Below, one piece after another: positions 26,985 to 40,324 of a DNA stretch of 64,000 bases. Below the pieces are notes generated by a model. The model saw only the letters and a list, made by a program, of their open reading frames with translations. It made no database searches and was not told the origin of the DNA. Position numbers and translations under genes: made by a program. The stretch's first letter is position 1; the number at the start of each line of letters is the position of its first letter. The stretch is taken from positions 70,157 through 134,156 of the forward strand of contig FLMG01000549.1 of assembly GCA_900088475.1 (NCBI GenBank), given 5' to 3'. This DNA is from Hyphochytrium catenoides (taxonomy: Eukaryota > Protista > Hyphochytriomycota).

Positions 26985-29234
26985 ATGTCGAATATCATTG
27001 CCACCTCGGCCAGGGGGGCTGTAAGGCATGCTCAAAGGGCGACACGCCACCAGCGCATTTTGCATTCGTCGGTCAGCAGGCAGCCAACATATGCCTGTCC
27101 CCCGTCGATCCGCCATGGATGTCTGCAGCAGACCGCCACCCTCCCTGAGAAATACAGCCAGAGCCAGAATCCAAATCGTATTCGGCGGCTGGCCTGGCTC
27201 GTCATGGCTGCTGCCAGTGTGGCAGGGCTCAGCGTGTACTCTCTAAACGAGCAGCTATATCAAGACGAGTCATTACCGAAGCTGCCTTCGTCGCCGAGGA
27301 GACGCCAATTGTACAAGGAGAATTCTAAACTGGAGACCGACTATGTGATTGTCCAGCGAATCGCCTATGGTGGGTTTGGAAAGGTCCTCGCCGGTAGACA
27401 CATCAGATCCGGCACTGCGGTTGCCATCAAGCAGATGCCAAAGAAGAAAGTCAGCAGGCGGAAATTTAAGGAGGAAGTGGACATTTTGACAGATGTTGGA
27501 GGAAAGAGGAATATTATCGAACTGAGGGACGCGTTTGAGACGAAGGACCATTGGGTGATTGTCACCGAACTCGCGCGAGGAGGAGAGCTCTTCGACCGCC
27601 TCGTCGAGAAAGGTGCTTACTCTGAAGGTGAGGCAAGGGACTTCATGAGGGAGATATCTAAAGCCGTCTCTTATCTTCACGAGAACAATGTCGTACACGG
27701 AGACTTAAAACCGGAGAACGTGGTTCTGTCAGCTAAGGATAGACCTACCAGCATCCGCTTGGTAGACTTTGGGATGTCGTTCCGGTTCACAGCGCAGCAG
27801 GGCAAGGTGTGCAAGGATGGGCAGCAAGGGAGTGGGACTTTGGGCTACTCATCTCCTGAGCTCTTGACAGGCGGGAAAGTGGGTGCTCCCACCGATATCT
27901 GGTCCCTAGGTATCATCCTCTACATCGTCCTCACTGGGATACATCCTGTGTATCGTTCAGAAGAGCCTCCTGACTCAGAGGTGGTGAACAGAATTCTAGA
28001 GGGAAAGTTCGACTTCAGCAGCCCTTCACTGTGGGGTTCAATATCTTCAGAGGCCAAGGATTTGGTCCAGAAGATGCTTTCTTGTGATCCTGCTCAGCGT
28101 CCGACTGCTGAGGGTTTGATGGCTCACCCCTGGTTTCAAGTTGACGATGCCTCTTTGAGCAAGCAGCCTCTGTCGTCTACCGCTGACCATCTGGCTCAGT
28201 ATCAAAGAGGAAAGAGAAGGCTCGAGGCGACGGTGTGGGCGGTACTGTTGGATGCAGAGGGTGATGCATGCCCTGAGAAGTCCTGGTTGACCGATCTTCT
28301 GGATGGGAAAATTGAAGATGATGTTGATCTGGTGTTGGATGCCTTTGACAAGGATAGGAAAGGCTACATTGATCGCAATGACATCTGTCGTGTGCTGAAA
28401 AGTATCGGAGAAGATTATCTGGAGCCTGAAATAGAGGACATACTACATGTCGTGGATTCGGGAGAATGCAAGCCAGAACACCTTCAGTACTCTGACATCG
28501 TTAAGGTCATGAAGAATATCCGAAGAGGTACCTATAAAATGGGACAAGTTATCATTGAAGAGGGAGAGCGCTCGGAAAAGCTGTACAAACTCCTGGATGG
28601 AGAGGTAGAGGTTTCTCTGAACGGGGTAGTTGTGGACAGAATCAAGGCAGGAGATTGCTTTGGCGTTCATGAGCTCTTGCGGGCCGACGGGGACGTACAT
28701 AAGCGCTTTTGCACTTATCGTTGCGTAAGTGGCACATGCCGTGCCCTGGAGCTTACGAAGAGAGAAGTCGACATGGTAACGGACGTCCTTGAAGTTGCAG
28801 ACAGGAAGCTGAAGCGGAAAGCAAGGGAGGAGATGAAGAAGATGCTCCTCGATTACGTTACGCGGCTGCCAGAGGACAAAGAGAATGTACGCGTGCGGAA
28901 GTTTAGCAGTGGTCAGCTGGTGTTTGGGGAAGGCAACAAGGATGATCTCCTTTATGTCGTCAGAGACGGAGAGATCGAGATAGTGAAGACGCTACCTGAT
29001 GGGAAGAAAGTGACGGTGGAAAGGATTGGAAAGGGCGGATGCTTCGACCCACAACTCTGTCTCGCCACATCCGCTAAATGCATCTCACCTGCCAGTGTGG
29101 TGGAGGTCGCAGGAAGAAGTGTCAGAAAGTTTCTTCGAGAATGTGACTTGCTGATGCAGAGCCTTAGTGATGACAGAGATGAACGGAGCTTTGAGCACCA
29201 GCAAATATTAGGCACAGCCACGTCGGCGCAGTAG
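26985..29234 (+). CDS. CAMK/CDPK-like protein kinase with N-terminal presequence and TM helix, an EF-hand and two cNMP-binding-like domains (intronless)
   Basis: 749-aa ORF: AYGGFG, VAIK, HGDLKPEN, DFG, GTLGYSSPE, DIWSLG; EF loop DKDRKGYIDRND; CNB-like segments IIEEGE..KLYKLLDGEVEV..GDCFG and VFGEGNKDDLLYVVRDGEIEI..GGCF. Confidence 0.93.
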   Translation: MSNIIATSARGAVRHAQRATRHQRILHSSVSRQPTYACPPSIRHGCLQQTATLPEKYSQSQNPNRIRRLAWLVMAAASVAGLSVYSLNEQLYQDESLPKLPSSPRRRQLYKENSKLETDYVIVQRIAYGGFGKVLAGRHIRSGTAVAIKQMPKKKVSRRKFKEEVDILTDVGGKRNIIELRDAFETKDHWVIVTELARGGELFDRLVEKGAYSEGEARDFMREISKAVSYLHENNVVHGDLKPENVVLSAKDRPTSIRLVDFGMSFRFTAQQGKVCKDGQQGSGTLGYSSPELLTGGKVGAPTDIWSLGIILYIVLTGIHPVYRSEEPPDSEVVNRILEGKFDFSSPSLWGSISSEAKDLVQKMLSCDPAQRPTAEGLMAHPWFQVDDASLSKQPLSSTADHLAQYQRGKRRLEATVWAVLLDAEGDACPEKSWLTDLLDGKIEDDVDLVLDAFDKDRKGYIDRNDICRVLKSIGEDYLEPEIEDILHVVDSGECKPEHLQYSDIVKVMKNIRRGTYKMGQVIIEEGERSEKLYKLLDGEVEVSLNGVVVDRIKAGDCFGVHELLRADGDVHKRFCTYRCVSGTCRALELTKREVDMVTDVLEVADRKLKRKAREEMKKMLLDYVTRLPEDKENVRVRKFSSGQLVFGEGNKDDLLYVVRDGEIEIVKTLPDGKKVTVERIGKGGCFDPQLCLATSAKCISPASVVEVAGRSVRKFLRECDLLMQSLSDDRDERSFEHQQILGTATSAQ

Positions 29235-29523
29235 AGGAGAGCGCTGGTGGAGGAGTCTCTTACCTCGCACTATATTTATTCGATGGAGTAGATATTAGTC
29301 TCACTTTTTTTTTTATTATATTAGGCCTTGAGCCGTCAGGAGCTGGAGTGCGACTCAGCTACTTATTTGGTATTAGTAACGCATCATGAGATCTCACATA
29401 CAATCGTTGGCCTAACTCTACCTTCTGACTTCTCGTTGGCAGTTCACGCCACCTGGAGAGCATATAAAATGGCGCTACCGCTCTCTCTCTCTGCTGACCA
29501 AGTCTCTGTTGCCATTGCCATTA

Positions 29524-31476
29524 TTACTTGCCCAATGGAGGAAACGACTGGTCATACGCATTGTTTGGCAGCACCACGCCTTGTCCTCTATCGGCGGCTT
29601 CACTTTGATTGTAGCTGTATTGATCTCCTCCGCGTCGCCATCCTCCACCTCCTCCTCTGGGCCCAGACGGTTGTGGGTAGCTGTTGCTATCAGCGAATGA
29701 GTCTCCCGCTCCTCCTCGAGCGTAAGAGTCCCCAAGTCTAGGGTCGTACCCTTGGGAATAATCATGCATCTGCCGCGAGTAGCGATATCCCGGGTTAGGT
29801 GTGCCATAGTCCATTGCTTGTGGTGGCGAATGCTGGGGGTACTGATACTCTTGATGGTGTGGCACGTACTCAGGGTAAGGTGGCATGTGGGGATGTGGCA
29901 CAGGATGTTGATAATATCCGTGCTCCATCATTGGCTGGCCGTAGCTCTCCATAGGAGGAAGATAACTTGCTTGTGAGCTTTCTACCATTCGGTAAGGAAG
30001 AAAAGTGGGCCGGTACATGTCATAGTTCCTCGCAAAGTCTGGATCATTCATCTCTGCCTCCCGGTTGCGCCATGTAACTTTGCTCTCTCGCCAATTCTTC
30101 TTCGCCTCTGCATTTAGCTTCCTAGCTGCTCTGCTATCTGGCCGATCAAAACCCCTTCCGCTGCCCTCTGTCTTGGCGATGATTTTAGGCTGAGCACTCG
30201 CTTGTCCTGCTACCTTGCCCCGTCCGCCACCAAACCCTACGCTGCCATCTGGTCCCTTTGCCATGCCATTCTCTATCTTCTGCTTCTCCTTTAGGCTATC
30301 GCTACCGCCTTTCGATCCATCTGTACTCTCGGTTCCGAAAATACGGGCTCGAGCCTCTGCATACGCTCTTTCTCTGTCTTCCACCGATTTCTTCTCAGTG
30401 GCAGCGGAGGGCTTGGCCCCCGCGTTGCCGGCCCCTTGTCCTGCTCCAGCGGTGCCGGTTCGCTTTTTCATGAGAATCTTAGGCGCTTGAGGTGTCGGTG
30501 TTTCTTGCTTGGTCTTCTCTGTCACTAGGTTGATAAACAAGGTCCGAGGGATCTTGGAACTCTCCGTTTTGAAGAGTACGATGCCCCTTCCAGTGCCTAC
30601 TTCGAAGTGTTGCTTGGGTATGAACACGGGTTAGTAGGCAATTTTGATAGGTCCCTGCCTCTGGGAGAAAGTAGACTTACCTCTGCTGCCATTCCCATGT
30701 CTAGTGACTGATGTTCCAAGTGGAAGCGTTCGGCCAATCTATGGACTAACAGCCGGTGAAACGAGGACGCCGGAGGAAACTCTAACCGCGTCTCCCTACG
30801 TGACGAGACCGATGAAGTCACTTGTTGGTCACACCTTTTCTCCTCAAATCAATGCAGAGCTCCGAGGTATAGAGTGAACAGAAACAGCAAGAATAGGAGG
30901 AAGAAAGAGACGAGTCGGGTATAGAACCATCTATCCTCACTTATACAGATGGGGAGAATAGCTTGATCAACAGGTAGAGAATGACTGATGGCTAAATATA
31001 GCGAACAGCAACGAGCGCCTTGCCCGTGTGGTGGAAGGAAGGAGGTAATACTGAGCTCACGGGTAGCATCGCGATGATAGTGATAGCTCTAATGTCCTCT
31101 ACCTTTCATTTCTCATAAATCGTAGAATCGTATCTTCAAACTTCAGCAGTGCCAAACGCTCACGGGGATTGTCCATAGCACCTAAGAAGACAGGATCGAT
31201 GGGCACGTCGTGGTGCGAGGAGGCTACAGCTGCAGTGGTCGCTGCACTGAGATTCATATATACGCTTGGCTGCTCCACTGGGCGCCCTGCTGCAGAGTCC
31301 CCTTTCGCTCCTTTGCTCGAGGCGGCTGCTGGTTGTGAAGATGATTTTCCGGACTACGGCCCACATAAGTATTAGTGGGGATCCCTTACGTCCGCTGATT
31401 CAGAGCAAGAGTAACTTACCAGTTTAAGCTGTGCCATCTGCACGGCGGCGGTCGACTCCCAATCATCGTCTGCCAT
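29524..31476 (-). CDS. R3H and SUZ domain RNA-binding protein (multi-exon)
   Basis: MADDDWE start; DNPRERLALLKFEDTI; R3H motif SSFHRLLVHRLAERFHLEH; SUZ motif KILMKKR...KSVEDRERAYAEARARIFG; G/Y/P-rich tail. Confidence 0.88.
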
Positions 31477-32544
31477 CTTCTCAAAAATCGCCGGAAATAG
31501 AGACTCCTAGGGCGCCAAAGAGATTCAGGATATAGCGCAGCTCACTTCTCCCGGACGCCCAGCATGCAGAAACGAATCCTCGTTACTTGAGCCGTCAGAG
31601 GGCAGATATCTTAGCTGGTAATGTATCGCAGCCTGCCAGGACGGGCCGTTTTAGATATCCCACAATATGACGGCGAGTGGAGCTATGCCGACGACCAGTT
31701 TGGCCTCATAACCCAACGCATGCAAGCGAATCTTCCAAGCTCCTTCCCGGAGTGACCAACCCGAACCTCCGCCGTTAACAGCCTGTTTACGCCCAGCGTT
31801 GCCGGTAGTCGATCTCCAAAGATCCTGACCTCCGCGTCTGGCCTCTATCAAGCCGATAACAAGCAAAGATCTATCAATTGGCGGTCTGGAGGGTTGCAGG
31901 CAGTCTGGCCTTTCGGGGCACACCTTGGCCTTTCCTCCGACTACGGCAGTTGCCCACCTCTTGCGCTTGGCGCCATCAAGCTGTCAGTCTCTCAATCATA
32001 ATGTGCTTGGAGACCGTAAGCCCGTCTTAATATATTAGACCAAGCATTGTGTTAGTCCGTACAGTACTGTAGGAGAGAATCATCAACTCGTTCCTAATAA
32101 CGGCCATTTTTATCGAAAACAGCGCTGGTCCGAGGGGACTTCTATCTCCCAAACCCAAGCATTCTTGTTCAAACCCAATCTGTTCAGGTAAGTATCACAA
32201 GGATAATATTAGTTCTCCACCAGGCCCACACCTTTAGGTCAAGCCCACACTACTGTTTGGGAACAGGAATAGCTTTCGCCCTCCACCACAGATCTGATGG
32301 TGTGGGTGGATGCGCTCTCCGCTCTTGGCTCAATCATCCTACAGCTACAGACAGGCAGCCCAAGACGAGAACTCCCGCTCGCGTTCGAGCTTGAGAATCA
32401 TCGACATCTCAAGGGCACGCTGAGGTTCCACGATCTCAACGGTCTAGAGACCAAAGCACCAGCTCAGCAGCGGCAATCTTCTTGTTGGTCCTACAACCGA
32501 CTGTAATATCTGTGATAGTCTGAAAGAGTACATCTTTACACACC

Positions 32545-34164
32545 ATGACCATGAAGGTGAACGTCGGGATCTCTGAGCTTGCCTCAGACCTGTCTGGTTA
32601 TATGACTACCATTTCTGGCGATCGTAGTGGCGCTCAGTACGGAGCAGATCTCTTAGAATCACAGGACTACCCGGAGTTTATTCGGAAGTGCTTCCAAGAC
32701 AAGAACTCGATTATCAATCAGGAGAATGACGCAGGTGTGTTGGCTACCGCCTGTTCCGATCATCAATTTGCGTACCCACATCACTGTTCCTTGAAGATGT
32801 GGAAGGCTGCTTCAATGTACTTTGTGCCTTGGTAAGCCGTGTGACGAGCAGCAACGCGCGAAGACAGCTTGTCAAGGACTTCATAGCAGATTTGGTCGAC
32901 GACACTGAAGATAAAGCCCTTATGCGGCTCAAAGTGTAAGTCACAGCAATTATGGTGCGCAGGAAGATGCCATTGAGCTGAAACACATCTTTTCTTTAGG
33001 CTCACAAACCTATATAACTTCCTAGAAGAACCCCATGAAAGACTAGAGGTTCTTCTGGCGGCTCTGCGCTATGCCTCTGCCACTCAGAACTTGAAGCTTC
33101 TCAACAGTTATCTGCCAAAAATTTACGAGAGCATCGAATCATGGAACGTATCGAATGAGGAAAAGAGAGAACTCTATCACACAGTGTTTCAGGTTCTTAA
33201 CGAAGCCGACGAGAAGAGGTAGGGCACTGCCATGCTGACTTCATTAGGTGACCTTAGAGCTGAGAGCCTTCGTCGACTCTTCCTGTAGTGCCCTGTCTCA
33301 AGAGTATTTGAGGAAGTATCTATTGACCTTTCAGGACGCCAGCGATGAAGATCTAGCGGCGGCTAAGGAAAACGTTGCTCACGGTGCCGTTGCCTTTATC
33401 CGCCAACCTATTGAAGTGTTTGCCCATCATGACAGCGTCTTAGAGCTGCCCGTGGTTAGACAGGTCAGCATGGGTCTGGATTAAGCTAGACTTAGAGATG
33501 CAGCCATTGAATTGACAGTTTATTTTTTCTGTTCTAGCTAAGAGATGATCCTGAGTATGCCAAGCTCTTCAGACTTCTCCAGATCTTCTCAATTGAGAGG
33601 CTAGCCAACTACATGGAGTTCTATAGCAAGAACAAGAGCGTTATCAAGCAGTATGGTATGCGCATGCTCACACATAGCTCGAACAACAAAGTTCTCATGG
33701 TGTACCCGGCCTTTTATCCTCGTATCAACTTAACATCTCCAGGTCTTGATCATGAGGCCAATGTCAAGCACATGCGACTCCTTTCCTTGTGCTCGTTGGC
33801 TGCAGACCACACCGAAATTCCCTACAGCGAGGTGGCTGAGACCTTGCAAGTGGATTTGGAAGAAGTAGAGAATTGGGTGGTGGAAGCTATTACCTCAGAT
33901 CTGATGGAGGCGAAAATGGACCAGCTGCGCCAGGTTGTCTCTGTGAGGTAAGTCTCCGCCTACATCTCAGATCTAGTAGTTAGGGCAAGGAGTCGCTTCG
34001 AAGCCCTTACTAATTGCCCTTTTGCTTATTGTGTCAGATGGTTTGCTTGGAGAGAGTTTGGAGACAAGGAATGGAGGCATCTGGCCTCGAAGTTGAAGAC
34101 TTGGACCGCCAACGTAAGGGGCTTACTACAGAAGATTGAAGAAAGCCGGTCGAAGCGGCCCTAG
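32545..34164 (+). CDS. EIF3M: Eukaryotic translation initiation factor 3 subunit M (PCI domain, multi-exon)
   Basis: DVEGCFNVL, LTNLYN, KYLLTF, HMRLLSLCSLA..EIPYSEVAETLQV..EVENWVVEAI..LMEAKMDQ, REFGDKEW..L..W. Stop TAG at 34162-34164. Confidence 0.92.
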
Positions 34165-34281
34165 AGAGACACTGATGACAATAGATTGTTAACAGTTTGT
34201 GTCACATTGTCCCAGCCCACCACCAACCTATAATCCCAAAATGAACTCTAAACACGCTTTTAGGGTCAGTCAGCACAGAGT

Positions 34282-34319
34282 CTGATGGCTGTGCCTCCTC
34301 CTGATGGCTGTGCCTCCTC
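34282..34319. repeat. 19-bp perfect tandem duplication (ctgatggctgtgcctcctc x2)
   Basis: Read directly; intergenic, downstream of eIF3m. Confidence 0.9.
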
Positions 34320-34784
34320 CTTCCGTCACATTCCATCCCCTTAGTTGCTCTTCGTCTTCTTGCTTGGCCGCTGGCATGTGAAACGTACTGCTCTTTGCCC
34401 GGTCATGTCCTGACCTGCTTCAAACAAGTCGTGCAGCTTCATCATGGGAAATGCCCAGTGCCTGTGCGTGATGGCTCTTCAAAGTTGGACTGATAACTTC
34501 CTACAGTTGTATCAAGAACTGTTGCCTCTCTTTGTGTAAACTGTAAACGTAGCTATCCTTCGACCACAGCCCCTCCAGGAGTTCGCAGGCGCCGTTTGTG
34601 TGAGCGGCGGCCTAACAACTGTACAGGTAGAAAGCCAAGTGGAGAAGTACAAGACAGCGAAGAGAAGTTCACAACCTGACGTTGGGTCATCGTTATCTCT
34701 CTCTGCAAAGAAGCATTTCTCGTTCAGCATAGCGGTGGATGGCACAGATTCTCAAGAGTGGACGTTATGTGAGTCCGAGAGCTC

Positions 34785-36305
34785 ATGGCTGCCCGCTTTG
34801 GGCCGCCTGACGCTATTTTCAGCAGGATGATGATAATCCGGCTTCAGAGTCAGCTGTCACGAAAGAGTAATCTCTCTAACCTTCATGGAGTGTCTGTGCT
34901 AGAAGTAGGGGTCCAGTGCACTATAGCGGCACTTATTGCCATCTGCTTTGCGGAGAATGGTGGAGACCTTGCCCAGCAAACCTTATACGAGGGGTTAAGG
35001 TTTACCAGTAATCTCTACCAGCTATTGCTCCACGCATTCTCACCGATCTATGGTAGCACTGAACGTTGGATCAGCGCTGAAAGGGCTTCTGCAGTGTATT
35101 TCTGGTCAATCGATTGCTGGAATGTTCTCTATGTTGCTCTCCTTGGGCCTACACTCAAGGCCACCATCTCGTTTCTACCGCTGGTAGGCTATGGGCTATG
35201 GTCCGCTGTAGATGTTATCCAGGTACTTTTTGGCAGGCTACTGGTGGCCACGTTACTGCCTATAGCGTCAACGGCTAAACTGCTTTTTACAGAGGCCATC
35301 TTCTTGTTCTTGGCCCTGAGGCCCCTAGAAGATGAGCTGCCAGAGCAGCACGTGCCATCCGCTTCTCTCAGAAGTAAACCGTCTCTGCTAGATGAAGCAT
35401 TCGATCCGCACAAGCTCTATTCCCAAGCGGTTGCGTTTCTACTGGATAACATGGGATCGTATTATATGGTCCAAGAAGATGACAACTTATCGGCTAACTC
35501 CAAGCACTACGTGCCCACTCTGCTCATAGACCCAGAGCATGGCGGAAGCTCTACTTTGCCTTTTGTTTTTGGGGCTGTTGTTGGGGTCCTCCTCACCGTA
35601 GTGTTCCTCGGCAGCGCATCTGGGCGGCTGTTAGAAGGGTTTCGATGTTCTACACGCCACACTCTGCCGTCTCATGACTTTGAGGAAGTTGCAACGAAAG
35701 AAGCAGGTAGGGCTGTGAAGCAGTCGAATCGAAGGAACTATGCACCACTCGTTAGTGGACGAAAGCTTGAAGCCTGCTCTGCCTGCATCTCTGGAGAGTC
35801 GGTGCCCACACCTTGGGAGGGCGGAACACCTCCTACTTCAATGGTGTTGCCTGCTAGCAAGCTCTCCGCCGTCCATCGCGTACTGGAAGGTATGATCAGG
35901 GAGAGGTTCGCTTTCTATGGCCTCGAGCATGGAAGTATCAAGTATCTAATAACGTCGAGCACACGGTGGAGCAGCGTCTTACAGAGGCACCCGACAAGTC
36001 GATTTGAACTGGTCTTCCATGGAACTGCCTGCGGGAACCTAGATGGCATCGTCAGAAAAGGGTTTAGCGTGAATAGAAGGTCCAAGCAGCTCTTTGGCCC
36101 TGGGGACTACTCCTCCATTGACCCTCGTGTGAGCGTAGATTACTGTTGCCAGAGGAAACGATTGCTGGTGTGTCTGCTGATAATAGGAGAGGAAGGCTTT
36201 GACACATTCTATCATCAAGAGACAATCCGACGGAGTTTGGGCGCTAACCAGCTAATTCCTGTTGCCATCGTGGATTCTTTACCGAAGAAGACATTGGGTC
36301 AGTGA
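34785..36305 (+). CDS. Membrane protein with C-terminal PARP-like ADP-ribosyltransferase domain
   Basis: 506-aa ORF with several hydrophobic segments. C-terminal LVFHGT...IVRKGF...LFGPGDYSS..PRVSVDYC...LLVCLL...QLIP follows the PARP catalytic fold motif order. The 5' end is uncertain. Confidence 0.72.
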   Translation: MAARFGPPDAIFSRMMIIRLQSQLSRKSNLSNLHGVSVLEVGVQCTIAALIAICFAENGGDLAQQTLYEGLRFTSNLYQLLLHAFSPIYGSTERWISAERASAVYFWSIDCWNVLYVALLGPTLKATISFLPLVGYGLWSAVDVIQVLFGRLLVATLLPIASTAKLLFTEAIFLFLALRPLEDELPEQHVPSASLRSKPSLLDEAFDPHKLYSQAVAFLLDNMGSYYMVQEDDNLSANSKHYVPTLLIDPEHGGSSTLPFVFGAVVGVLLTVVFLGSASGRLLEGFRCSTRHTLPSHDFEEVATKEAGRAVKQSNRRNYAPLVSGRKLEACSACISGESVPTPWEGGTPPTSMVLPASKLSAVHRVLEGMIRERFAFYGLEHGSIKYLITSSTRWSSVLQRHPTSRFELVFHGTACGNLDGIVRKGFSVNRRSKQLFGPGDYSSIDPRVSVDYCCQRKRLLVCLLIIGEEGFDTFYHQETIRRSLGANQLIPVAIVDSLPKKTLGQ

Positions 36306-37217
36306 TGAGAAGAACCGAGAATAATCTTATAACTAGCCAGACTATATGGACTGCATCAGTAAACCATTGAACGTTTCCATAGCTTGTCATGTCGTCACTA
36401 GAACATCCTTGTTAGGCAACGTCCTAAGGCAATAATCATTGAGTTCTACAATCTGCACGTAAACATAAAGCCCGTAGATCACATAGTTCTATCAATGTAC
36501 TACTTACTACTGTACTACTGTATGAGTTGAAAGCTAGCTCCAAGGAAGGGTCATAGCGTTGCTAGCGGAAGTATGGCTTCTCCAGTCTGGCAGGAGACTG
36601 GCCCTAGGAGTTCTACAGCTTGGAATGATACAGCACTTCACCTTACAACGGGAAGTTCAGACAACAATAGAAGTCTGGCTCTGAAGATTCAACAACCAAA
36701 CAGATTTTCCATCCTGGACTAAGTGAAGGGACTAAGGGGCTGGTGATTCGTGTAGGAACTGTATTATTGCAGGAAGGCCAAGGCATCATGATGCCTGCGT
36801 GAGGAAGAAAGTTGAACCTACACAAATCCGTCACAATACTGGTGTGAAATCTGCCAATCCCTGTGAATAACTTTACTTTAAAAATTCTGTTATTTAACAA
36901 ACTCCGTCAGTTTTGGAATTAGCTTCGAGGGGTTACCTGACAGATTGTTTTTTACAGCTATTTTGTTGGTTAATTCAACTTCTTTTGAGATTCTCAGAAT
37001 AGACATGATGGGTGAGGCTTTCGCTGTGTTTGTCTAATATATCTGTGAGAGCATGATGCTCTGTGTTTGTGGCGTGAGTAAGCTTGTTGAGTTGACATGT
37101 TCTGATGGAAGGAAGGAAGCACCCGACCATCAACTCTCCAACAGCAGTAAGCTCTTGCGGTGTTACATAGTTCTATATACTATACTGGGTAGAGGCCAGC
37201 AGGTCCTGGAGGCAGGA

Positions 37218-38937
<1,720 letters not shown>

Positions 38938-40324
38938 GACTTATAAGTATCAGTCGGTCGTCCAGTAAATACTTGAACAATAAAATAGACTTGCCGTCCT
39001 AGACTTGTACTTTCTACTTGCTCAATCAGCATACACAAGTGGCATTACCTCGATAACGGCCCACACGAAGGCCTTATGGTTCCCAAAACCGATTGGACTT
39101 GGACTTGTACTTGCTCAACAAGGCTACCTTCACACAAACGGTCATCAGGCATCATGGATTGGTCAAGATAGGACATTGAGGTTGAAAACTAGTCGTACTA
39201 TTCTGGGGGCGGTGGGAAAAGAATCTGGGAGACGAAAGCACCATGAATGCTAAGAACAACCAATCACATTCAACCGCCGAGACCAGATTAGCTCCTGATT
39301 GGCGGATACGAAGACTGGGATCAGCACACTTAGCTGGGACACAACGAAATTAACACTGTCTTGGACCTTAAACAGTGGAACTCCTAGAACTATTTGGCTC
39401 TGAAAGCAATCACAACTGTGGATCCTAACAGAATGTACCCCAGTTGATGTACAAGAGAGTCCTTACAAGAGGGAATCCGCCTAGTTTTCACTAAATAAGG
39501 CCAAGAACACGAGAACTGTTGCCTGTCTGTGCTCACCCTATTTCTTAGGTACCTTGTGACTTTGTGTATTTTTTGGTTGTGAGGTCAGTTGGCGCCGCAG
39601 CTAATAAGGGAGCACGGGACTCGCACAACAGCGAGACAGAGCGATGAGAGGAAACCAGCTAGAGTGGCTACTGTGAAGTCATTAAGCCTGTAAACAAGAT
39701 GAGGAGATGAGAACTTGGAAGCTCGCGAGACGAAGCTGGCAGGCGAAGAGATGTGATGCTGTTTCTGGCTTGAACGACAACGTTAGAGAGGAAGGGGCAC
39801 TCCTAAAAAACACATCTGTTGGGGCCTTCACTACCCCTAATACGAGGCCACCCCTACCCCTTCACAATGCATACTATCTCCTAGCTATTGGGGGCGGCTT
39901 CCATGTCATCCATCCCGGGACAAGGAGCTTCTACGGAAGTGTTACTTCTTTGTGATGATAAAAGTCTGGCGCCAGAGTCGCCGTGGGCCCTGGCGTCTTT
40001 CTGCCTTTGTCATGAGAGACCGAAAGAGACAGTGCAGAGCAGTTCCACCAGCTCCCAGCACCCAGCAGCAGCGGCACCACGGCTGACAGTGAAGAGGGCG
40101 CTCTCTCGTCTAGCTCATCAGTCTACTTTCTTCCCACCAGAGCCTCCTGTTGCACTCAGCATAGGCTCCATTCATCTTTCCCATTATTACCAGTTTGCTG
40201 TTACGGGTGCAGACGTTCGACATCCTCAGCGGTGTGGAGCTTTGTCCACGCTTGAGCCTTTGCTTATCGTTGCTACCTGTTTAGGCAAGCAGAGAGAGTG
40301 AGATCAGTAAGGACAGCGGGAGCC

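Noticed and set aside
13561-36522. Recurrent TACTGTA/TACAGTA motif in intergenic DNA (13561, 23891, 32060, 36508, 36516)
   Set aside because: About 8 copies of a 7-mer are expected by chance on both strands of 64 kb, so enrichment is not shown.
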